Shown here one piece after another: positions 34,727-44,708 of a DNA stretch of 54,795 bases. The stretch is from contig BROI01000013.1 in assembly GCA_027923505.1 (NCBI GenBank), positions 868,001-922,795 on the forward strand, given 5' to 3'. The stretch's first letter is position 1, and each line of letters starts with the position of its first letter. Both the position numbers and the translations under genes were made by a program. The notes under the pieces were generated by a model. That model was not told the origin of the DNA. It saw only the letters and a program-made list of their open reading frames with translations, and ran no database searches. The DNA is from Mayamaea pseudoterrestris. Its lineage: Eukaryota.

Positions 34727-36733
34727 TTAGAATGAGTAGTAAAAGTTTTGGCTATTGGTCGGACGTTGATAGCTAATGTTGGTGTCGGCGGATGGAAATT
34801 GACGGTTTGGGGTAGCTAAACGTTGCTGACGTGGCCAATTGAGTTGCTGATGTGACGGAGTTTGAAAACGTGAACGAGCGTGGAACTGCTGAGCGTGTTG
34901 ATCGCGACGATGGACACGTTGTTGATTTGTCACTTGTCGATTTCGTTGAGCTTGTAAGTGCAGCTGTCGTTGTTGTTGATTAAGAAGATGATTTAAACGA
35001 GTTACTTGAGCTTGAAGACTGTTTATATCGCGTGTATGATGAGTTGTAGTGTTGCGCGTGTCGTTGATGCGAGGTTGGACTCGAAGGATTGGATTGGAGG
35101 TTCGGTTTTGCTGTCGGGTTGGCGTGACAATTCGATTCGCTTGTTGCTGTCTTAAACGCTGCTGGTAAGGACGATTGCTGTTCGTTTCGTTGCGACGTTG
35201 ATTGCGTCTTTGACTAACAGTGATTCGATTGCGTTGAAGATTGATCGAAGCTTGTTGCGTTGTTGATGCGCGCTCTTGACTTGCTTGTCGCTGTCTGTTT
35301 CGTTGTTGAAGAAGTGCTTGACGACGGTCTGCAACGCTTTGAACTGCTGCGATGCGAGATGCTTCTTGGTAAGTGCTTGAAACGTTCTGAGAGCGAAGAG
35401 TTTGTTGCGATGGTCTCGTGTCTTGGCGATGCGCTTGTCTAACTGGCGCTTGATTTGCTTCTTGTTGGCGAATTGAATTGATTGATCGGCAAGTATGCGT
35501 CGTGCTTGTTGGCGATGTCTCTAATTGCTCGTTGACTGGCGATGAGTTGCTGCTTGGCGAGGGTACGTGTGTTTGCGTATTGGCGATGCACACAGAACAA
35601 GCGCACGTCGTCTCTGTGTTTATATCTGGTACTTCAGAAAGTCTTTGCAAGTCTTGACGTCTGTTTTCTTCGTCCTTTTGAAGCAGGAAACGAGTCTTCT
35701 TGAGGAAGTAAAGAGTTACTGGATGCGATAGGTCTTTTGCTTCGAATTCGTCTCGCTCGTTGCGCAAAGTGTCTTCTAGTAGAAGAATCTCCTTCTCTTC
35801 GGGCGTGAAAGGATTGTTCGGTCGGCAAAGATCAAGGCTCTTGTAAAAGTCTGCTCGCTTTTCGTCAAGGAAGATTAATGACTTTGGAGAAAAGATGAAG
35901 GCTTTGAGAAAGGGTACGTTGCTGTCGATGTAACTTGTTTCGACGCCTGATTGTGCGGTTGACTCGGCAACTTTTGCTAATCCTTCTTCTTTGAATTCTT
36001 CCGCAATGTGACTGTAAAACACTTCGTTGTTGGCAAGGTCTTTAAACTGATTGAAGCGCTGCTCACAAGCTTGTTCCGGGTCGATTGGCTTTGATGAAGG
36101 CGGCGGTAGAATGCCTCGAAAGATCCAGGCGAAACGCTTGTCTTCTTCGTCCCAAGTCCAAGGGGTTGGAGGAGAGACGCGCGGGTCGTAACGATACCAG
36201 CCGTATCGAACGTTCGGGTGGTTGTAGACTGCTTTCTCTTCGTCAGTGGCGGGTCGTCCAGTTAGATGCCAGTCTTCGGGGTTGTTTGGTGAAAGACGAC
36301 GAAGGCTGTCGCGCGGGTTGGACTCGGTTGAAATGCGCTCTCGTTCTTGATTGCTTGCAATTTGATCGGCGGCGGTAAGTCGGATTACTGGGCGGCCTTC
36401 TGGAGCGACCGATTGGAGACTTGAAGGGTTGAACTCGTGTAAAGTAATGTTGATGAAGAGGACGACGACTTGTAGAAGGCGTCGTGAAGAATTAAAGACT
36501 TGGCGGCTTGTGCTGAAGCGGCGAAGGAAACTGTAAAGAAGGCGCGTGACTTGTGGAGTGAGAGGCGACTTGGAAAGAAGAGTGCTCGGCAGACTAGGTA
36601 AAGTAGTTCTGCTCAACTGATGGAGACTTGAAATCTGCTCGACGACGTTGGCCTTGATCAAACGCTTGATCCGACTCGAGGTAAACTGAAAGATAAAGGC
36701 AAAAGGGTCGCTTGTAGGCTTGCTCTTGCTCAC
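34727..36733 (-). CDS. ORF0: AUG-less 668-codon ORF of unknown function upstream of gag; start codon non-AUG and not determined
   Basis: A 2-kb stop-free frame on the element's sense strand with no ATG. The track start is GTG. It ends TAA 8 nt before the gag ATG. Confidence 0.75.
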   Translation of the reverse strand: MSKSKPTSDPFAFIFQFTSSRIKRLIKANVVEQISSLHQLSRTTLPSLPSTLLSKSPLTPQVTRLLYSFLRRFSTSRQVFNSSRRLLQVVVLFINITLHEFNPSSLQSVAPEGRPVIRLTAADQIASNQERERISTESNPRDSLRRLSPNNPEDWHLTGRPATDEEKAVYNHPNVRYGWYRYDPRVSPPTPWTWDEEDKRFAWIFRGILPPPSSKPIDPEQACEQRFNQFKDLANNEVFYSHIAEEFKEEGLAKVAESTAQSGVETSYIDSNVPFLKAFIFSPKSLIFLDEKRADFYKSLDLCRPNNPFTPEEKEILLLEDTLRNERDEFEAKDLSHPVTLYFLKKTRFLLQKDEENRRQDLQRLSEVPDINTETTCACSVCIANTQTHVPSPSSNSSPVNEQLETSPTSTTHTCRSINSIRQQEANQAPVRQAHRQDTRPSQQTLRSQNVSSTYQEASRIAAVQSVADRRQALLQQRNRQRQASQERASTTQQASINLQRNRITVSQRRNQRRNETNSNRPYQQRLRQQQANRIVTPTRQQNRTSNPILRVQPRINDTRNTTTHHTRDINSLQAQVTRLNHLLNQQQRQLHLQAQRNRQVTNQQRVHRRDQHAQQFHARSRFQTPSHQQLNWPRQQRLATPNRQFPSADTNISYQRPTNSQNFYYSF

Positions 36734-36887
36734 TCAATACTCCGCTTGTTGCTGCAGAGCGTTGGAAATTCGAGGTTGACAGAAAGGGCTTGAAGAAATC
36801 CGCGTCCGGTTTTGTTCAATGCTTTGGAAACTTGGTAAAAAGATCTTGGTTCAATCGGCAAGTAATTACTTTGCTTGAGATCCAAGA

Positions 36888-37414
36888 TGAAGGTCCGTAC
36901 GGAAGTAGGGAGAAAAGACGGTTTAAACGCTAAAAGACTGGGGAAACTTTGAATCTATTGTTAGTAGATCCTCTAGAATGAGACGAAAGTGAAGCGGTCG
37001 ATTTCGCATCCAAGAGTGGCTTCTCATTCATACGTATGTATATTGTCTACCGGTCGTGTCATTTTGTACTGGCCATCCCGTAGGCGGGATGGCTCTCGTC
37101 CGTCTACAGAACTGGCAGTATAGTCTTCACTGCTGGTAGTGTTTGCACGGCTTCGCTCTGTAGAGGCCCAACATTCGCTGTGTACGCCGGTTCCGGTATT
37201 CGATGTACCTGTGGTAGTCTTTCTACGGTTGTCAGTCGTGAATTCTTCGGGTACGGTGAAGTGTGTAGGGTTTGGGCCAGTGGCTGACTTTCTACTCTCG
37301 CCGTCGTAGGAGTGTGGTCGTGAACGGGATGTTCCGTGTCTTGGTGCCGCTGAGACCGTGTCGATGTCCTTTTCAATGTTGCTTTGTTCGTCGGCCAAAA
37401 CGGGGATCCCAGCA
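36888..37414 (-). repeat. 5' LTR of the copia element (~527 bp, TG...CA on the minus strand)
   Basis: Minus strand TGCTGGGATCC...GGACCTTCA. The inner end is inferred from the CA and a partial match to 26397-26419. Confidence 0.85.
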
Positions 37415-40400
37415 AAGCCCTGTAGGTGCCCAAAATACACCAGAATGGTGCCAACATCATTATTCAGGCTGCGCTACAAGATGGTAGGCTTGGCTGGTGT
37501 CTCAGGGGATGGCAATGTATTTGGTGACAACTTGTCACCAGTCTCAGCCCGCAGATGCCTGGACATTCAAACACCCCTACAGCAAGCCCTGTAGGTGCCC
37601 GAAATACACCAGAATGGTGCCAACATCATTATTCAGGCTGCGCTACAAGATGGTAGGCTTGGCTGGTGTCTCAAGGGATGGCAATGTATTTGGTGACAAC
37701 TTGTCACCAGTCTCAGCCCGCAGATGCCGTGACATTCAAACGCCCCTACAGCAAGCCCTGTAGGTGCCCAAAATACACCAGAATGGTGCCAACATCATTA
37801 TTCAGGCTGCGCTACAAGATGGTAGGCTTGGCTGGTGTCTCTGGGGATGGCAATGTATTTGGTGACAACTTGTCACCAGTCTCAGCCCGCAGATGCCGGG
37901 ACATTCAAATGCCCCTACAGCAAGCCCTGTAGGTGCCCAAATTACACCAGAATGGTGCCAACATCATTATTCAGGCTGAACTACAAGATGGTAGGCTTGG
38001 CTGGTGTCACAGGGGATGGCAATGTATTTGGTGACAACTTGTCACCAGTCTCAGCCCGCAGATGCCGGGACATTCAAACGCCCCTACAGCAAGCCCTGTA
38101 GGTGCCTGAAATACACCAGAATGGTGCCAACATCATTATTCAAGCTGCGCTACAAGATGGTAGGCTTGGCTGGTGTCTCAGGGGATGGCAATGTATTTGG
38201 TGACAACTTGTCACCAGTCTCAGCCCGCAGATGCCGTGACATTCAAACGCCCCTACAGCAAGCCCTGTAGGTGCTCAAAATACACCAGAATGCTGCCAAC
38301 ATCATTATTTAAGCTGAGCTACAAGATGGTAGGCTTGCTGGTGTCTCAGGGGATGGCAATGTATTTGGTGACAACTTGTCACCAGTCTCAGCCCGCAGAT
38401 GCCATGACATTCAAACGCCCCTACAGCAAGCCCTGTAGGTGCCCAAAATACACCAGAATGGTGCCAACATCATTATTCAGGCTGCGCTACAAGATGGTAG
38501 GCTTGGTTGGTGTCTCAGGGGATGGCAATGTATTTGGTGACAACTTGTCACCAGTCTCAGCCTGCAGATGCCAGGACATTCAAACGCCCCTACAGCAAGC
38601 CCTGTAGGTGCCCAAAATACACCAGAACGGTGCCAACATCATTATTCAGGCTGCGCTACAAGATGGTAGGCTTGGCTGGTGTCTCAGGGGATGGCAATGT
38701 ATTTGGTGACAACTTGTCACCAGTCTCAGCCCGCAGAAGCCGGGACATTCAAACGCCCCTACAGCAAGCCCTGTAGGTGCCCAAAATACACCAGAATGGT
38801 GCCAACATCATTATTCAGGCTGAGCTACAAGATGGTAGGCTTGGCTGGTGTCTCAGGGGATAGCAATGTATTTGGTGACAACTTGTCACCAGTCTCAGCC
38901 CGCAGATGCCGGGACATTCAAACGCCCCTACAGCAAGCCCTGTAGGTGCCCAAAATACACCAGAATGGTGCCAACATCATTATTCAGGCTGCGCTACAAG
39001 ATGGTAGGCTTGGCTGGTGTCTCAGGGGATGGCAATGTATTTGGTGACAACTTGTCACCAGTCTCAGCCCGCAGATGCCTGGACATTCAAACACCCCTAC
39101 AGCAAGCCCTGTAGGTGCCCGAAATACACCAGAATGGTGCCAACATCATTATTCAGGCTGCGCTACAAGATGGTAGGCTTGGCTGGTGTCTCAAGGGATG
39201 GCAATGTATTTGGTGACAACTTGTCACCAGTCTCAGCCCGCAGATGCCGTGACATTCAAACGCCCCTACAGCAAGCCCTGTAGGTGCCCAAAATACACCA
39301 GAATGGTGCCAACATCATTATTCAGGCTGCGCTACAAGATGGTAGGCTTGGCTGGTGTCTCAGGGGATGGCAATGTATTTGGTGACAACTTGTCACCAGT
39401 CTCAGCCCGCAGATGCCGTGACATTCAAATGCCCCTACAGCAAGCCCTGTAGGTGCCCAAAATACACCAGAATGGTGCCAACATCATTATTCAGGCTGAA
39501 CTACAAGATGGTAGGCTTGGCTGGTGTCTCAGGGGATGGCAATGTATTTGGTGACAACTTGTCACCAGTCTCAGCCCGCAGATGCCGGGACATTCAAACG
39601 CCCCTACAGCAAGCCCTGTAGGTGCCCAAATTCACCAGAATGGTGCCAACATCATTATTCAGGCTGAACTACAACATGGTAGGCTTGGCTGGTGTCTCAG
39701 GGGATGGCAATGTATCTGGTGACAACTTGTCACCAGTCTCAGCCCACAGATGCCGTGACATTCAAACGCCCCTACAGCAAGCCCTGTAGGTGCCCAAAAT
39801 ACACCAGAATGGTGCCAACATCATTATTCAGGCTGCGCTACAAGATGGTAGGCTTGGCTGGTGTCTCAGGGGATGGCAATGTATTTGGTGACAACTTGTC
39901 ACCAGTCTCAGCCCGCAGATGCCGGGACATTCAAACGCCCCTACAGCAAGCCCTGTAGGTGCCCAAAATACACCAGAATGGTGCCAACATCATTATTCAG
40001 GCTGCGCTACAAGATGGTAGGCTTGGCTGGTGTCTCAGGGGATGGCAATGTATTTGGTGACAACTTGTCACCAGTCTCAGCCCGCAGAAGCCGGGACATT
40101 CAAACGCCCCTACAGCAAGCCCTGTAGGTGCCCAAAATACACCAGAATGGTGCCAACATCATTATTCAGACTGCGCTACAAGATGGTAGGCTTGGCTGGT
40201 GTCTCAGGGGATGGCAATGTATTTGGTGACAACTTGTCACCAGTCTCAGCCCGCAGATGCCGGGACATTCAAACGCCCCTACAGCAAGCCCTGTAGGTGC
40301 CCACAATACACCAGAATGGTGCCAACATCATAATTCAGGCTGCGCTACTAGATGGTAGGCTTGGCTGGTGTCTCTGGGGATGGCAATGTATTTGGTGACT

Positions 40401-43400
40401 ATTTGTCACCAGTCTCAGCCCACAGATGCCGTGACATTCAAACGCCCCTACAGCAAGCCCTGTAGGTGCCCAAAATACACCAGAATGGTGCCAACATCAT
40501 TATGCAGGCTGCGCTACAAGATGGTAGGCTTGGCTGGTGTCTCAGGGGATGGCAATGTATTTGGTGACAACTTGTCACCAGTCTCAGCCCGCAGATGCCG
40601 TGACATTCAAACGCCCCTACAGCAAGCCCTGTAGGTGCCCAAAATTCACCAGAATGGTGCCAACATCATTGTTCAGGCTGCGCTACAACATGGTAGGCTT
40701 GGCTGGTGTCTCAGGGGATGGCAATGTATTTGGTGACAACTTGTCACCAGTCTCAGCCCGCAGATGCTGAGACATTCAAACGCCCCTACAGCAAGCCCTG
40801 TAGGTGCCCAAAATACACCAGAATGGTGCCAACATCATTATTCAGGCTGAACTACAAGATGGTAGGCTTGGCTGGTGTCTCAGGGGATGGCAATGTATTT
40901 GGTGACAACTTGTCGCCAGTCTCAGCCCGCAGATGCCGTGACATTCAAACGCCCCTACAGCAAGCCCTGTAGGTGCCCAAAATACACCAGAATGGTGCCA
41001 ACATCATTATTCAGGCTGCGCTACAAGATGGTAGGCTTGGCTGGTGTCTCTGGGGATGGCAATGTATTTGGTGACAACTTGTCACCAGTCTCAGCCCGCA
41101 GATGCCGTGACATTCAAACGCCCCTACAGCAAGCCCTGTAGGTGCCCAAAATACACCAGAATGGTGCCAACATCATTATTCAGGCTGCGCTACAAGATGG
41201 TAGGCTTGGCTGGTGTCTCAGGGGATGGCAATGTATTTGGTGACAACTTGTCACCAGTCTCAGCCCGCAGATGCCGGGACATTCAAACGCCCCTACAGCA
41301 AGCCCTGTAGGTGCCCAAAATACACCAGAATGGTGCCCAAATCATTATCAAGCTGCGCTACAAGATGGTAGGCTTGGCTGGTGTCTGAGGGGATGGCCAT
41401 GTATTTGGTGACAACTTGTCACCGGTCTCAGCCCGCAGATGCCGGGACATTCAAACGCCCCTACAGCAAGCCCTGTAGGTGCCCAAAATACACCAGAATG
41501 GTGCCAACATCATTATACAGGCTGCGCTACAAGATGGTAGGCTTGGCTGGTGTCTCAGGGGATGGCAATGTATTTGGTGACAACTTGTCACCAGTCTCAG
41601 CCCGCAGATGCTGGGACATTCAAACGCCACTACAGCAAGCCCTGTAGGTGCCCAAAATACACCAGAATGGTGCCAACATCATTATTCAGGCTGCGCTACA
41701 AGATGGTAGGCTTGGCTGGTGTCTCAGGGGATGGCAATGAATTTGGTGACAACTTGTCACCAGTCTCAGCCCGCAGATGCCGGGACATTCAAACGCCCCT
41801 ACAGCAAGCCCTGTAGGTGCCTGAAATACACCAGAATGGTGCCAACATCATTATTCAAGCTGCGCTACAAGATGGTAGGCTTGGCTGGTGTCTCAGGGGA
41901 TGGCAATGTATTTGGTGACAACTTGTCACCAGTCTCAGCCCGCAGATGCCGGGACATTCAAACGCCCCTACAGCAAGCCCTGTAGGTGCCCAAAATACAC
42001 CAGAATGGTGCCAACATCATTATTCAGGCTGCGCTACAAGATGGTAGGCTTGGCTGGTGTCTCAGGGGATAACAATGTATTTGGTGACAACTTGTCACCA
42101 GTCTCAGCCCGCAGATGCTGTGACATTCAAACGCCCCTACAGCAAGCCCTGTAGGTGCCCAAAATACACCAGAATGGTGCCAACATCATTATTCAGGCTG
42201 CGCTACAAGATGGTAGGCTTGGCTGGTGTCTCAGGGGATGGCAATGTATTTGGTGACAACTTGTCACCAGTCTCAGCCCCCAGATGCCGGGACATTCAAA
42301 CGCCCCTACAGCAAGCCCTGTAGGTGCCCAAAATACACCAGAATGGTGCCAACATCAATATTTAAGCTGCGCTACATATGGTAGGCTTGGCTGGTGTCTC
42401 AGGGGATGGCAATGTATTTGGTGACAACTTGTCACCAGTCTCAGCCCGCAGATGCCGTGACATTCAAACGCCCCTACAGCAAGCCCTGTAGGTGCCCAAA
42501 ATACACCAGAATGGTGCCAACATCATTATTCAGGCTGAGCTACAAGATGGTAGGCTTGGCTGGTGTTTCTAGGGATGGCAATGTATTTGGTGACAACTTG
42601 TCACCAGTCTCAGCCCGCAGATGTTGTGACATTCAAACACCCCTACAGCAAGCCCTGTAGGTGCCCAAAATACACCAGAATGGTGCCAACATCATTATTC
42701 AGGCTGAACTACAAGATGGTAGGCTTGGCTGGTGTCTCTGGAGATGGCAATGTATTTGGTGGCAACTTGTCACCAGTCTCAGCCCGCAGATGCCGGGACA
42801 TTCAAACGCCCCTACAGCAAGCCCTGTAGGTGCCCAAAAACACCAGAATAGTGCCAACATCATTATTTAAGCTGAGCTTCAAGATGGTAGGCTTGGCTGG
42901 TGTCTCAGGGGATGGCAATGTATTTGGTGACAACTTGTCACCAGTCTCAGCCCGCAGATGCCGTGACATTCAAACGCCCCTACAGCAAGCCCTGTAGGTG
43001 CCCAAAATACACCAGAATGGTGCCAACATCATAATTCAGGCTGAGCTACAAGATGGTAGGCTTGGCCGGTGTCTCTGGGGATGGCAATGTATTTGGTGAC
43101 AACTTGTCACCAGTCTCAGCCCGCAGATGCTGGGACATTCAAATGCCCCTACAGCAAGCCCTGTAGGTGCCCAAAATTCACCAGAATGGTGCCAACATCA
43201 TTATTCAGGCTGCGCTACAAGATGGTAGGCTTGGCTGGTGTCTCAGGGGATGGCAATGTATTTGGTGACAACTTGTCACCAGTCTTAGCCCGCAGATGGC
43301 GTGACATTCAAACGCCCCTACAGCAAGCCCTGTAGGTGACCAAAGTACACCAGAATAATGCCAACATCATTATTCAAGCTACGCTACAAGATGGTAGGCT

Positions 43401-43626
43401 TGGCTGGTGTCTCAGGGGATGGCAATGTATTTGGTGACAACTTGTCACCAGTCTCAGCCCGCAGATGATGTGACATTCAAACGCCCCTACAGCAAGCCCT
43501 GTAGGTGCCCATATAACTCCAGAATGGTGCCAACATTCAATATTCAAGCTACGCTACAAGATGGTAGGCTTGGCTGGTGTCTCAGGGGATGGCAATGTAT
43601 TTGGTGACAACTTGTCACCAGTCTCA
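37415..43626. repeat. Satellite B: 169-bp monomer, ~37 copies
   Basis: Unit AAGCCCTGTAGGTGCCCAAAATACACC...TGGTGACAACTTGTCACCA...CAAACGCCCCTACAGC recurs every 169 bp. Confidence 0.98.
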
Positions 43627-44700
43627 GGATTGATGGAGCAAGACTACAATTGGGGGTAGATTTGGAAGGCCATGCCTTGTAGCACCATGGAGCTCGTTCC
43701 TGTGTGGATGTCTGGATTGCCCTCCCATACCATAGCTGCTAGGAATCAGCTATGGATAATTGTTTTGCACCAATATCACCGCAAGCATGACCCCAAGCAT
43801 AGTCATACGGGATTGATGAAGCAAGACTACAATTGGGGGTAGATTTAAAAAGCCCATGCACTGTAGCACCATGGAGCTGGTACCTGTGTAGGTATCTGGA
43901 TTGCCCTCCCATACCATTGCTGCTAGGAATCCGCTATGGAAGGTTTTTTGCACCAATCTCACCGCAAGCATGTCCCCAAGCATAGCCAAACAGAATTGAT
44001 GGAGAAAGACTACAATTGGGGGTAGATTTGGAAGGCCATGCCTTGTAGCACCATGGAGCTCGTTCCTGTGTGGATGTCTGGATTGCCCTCCCATACCATT
44101 GCTGCTAGGAATCCGCTATGGAAGAATTTTTATGCACCAAACTCACAGCAAGCATGTCCCCAAGCATAGCCAAACAGGATTGATGGAGCAAGACTGCAAT
44201 TGGGGGTAGATTTGGAAGGCCATGCATTGTAGCACCATGGAGCTGGTACCTGTGTGGATGGCTGGATTGCCCTCCCAAACCATTGTTGCTAGGAATCCGC
44301 TATGGAAAATTTTTATGCACCAATCTCACCGCAAGCATGTCCCCAAGCATAGCCAATTGGTATTGATGGAGGGAGACTACAATGGGGGGGAGGTCTGGAA
44401 GGCCATGCACTGTAGCACCATGGAGCTGGTACCTGTGTGGATGGCTGGATTGCCCTCCAATACCATAGCTGCTTTGAATCAGCTATGGATGATTTTTTTG
44501 CACCAATCTCACCGCAAGCATGTCCCCAAGCACAGCCAAATGGGATTGATGGAGCGAGACCACAATTGGGGTTCGATTTGAAAGGCCATGCACTGTAGCA
44601 CCATGGAGCTGGTTCCTGTGTGGATGTCTGAACTGCCCTCCCATACCATACGAGTAGCTTCGAGGAAACAGCTAAGGAAGTTTAATTTTGCACCAATCTC
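43627..44700. repeat. Satellite C: ~183-bp monomer, ~6 diverged copies
   Basis: GGATTGATGG-like unit starts at 43627, 43810, 43993, 44177, 44360 and 44543. Confidence 0.92.
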
Positions 44701-44708
44701 CAGGCATT

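Larger units (their letters stand above)
26397..37414 (-). mobile_element. Ty1/copia LTR retrotransposon (CoDi-like), ~11 kb, with an extra ORF upstream of gag
   Basis: Two direct LTRs, a PPT, and domain order gag(CCHC)-PR-IN-RT-RH on the minus strand. Confidence 0.95.

Noticed and set aside
26397..37414. Dating the copia insertion from LTR divergence and pol frameshifts
   Set aside because: The differences are mostly indels and satellite-blended bases, so they are unreliable.
13960..43626. CRISPR-like array
   Set aside because: No unique spacers, no cas genes, eukaryotic context.
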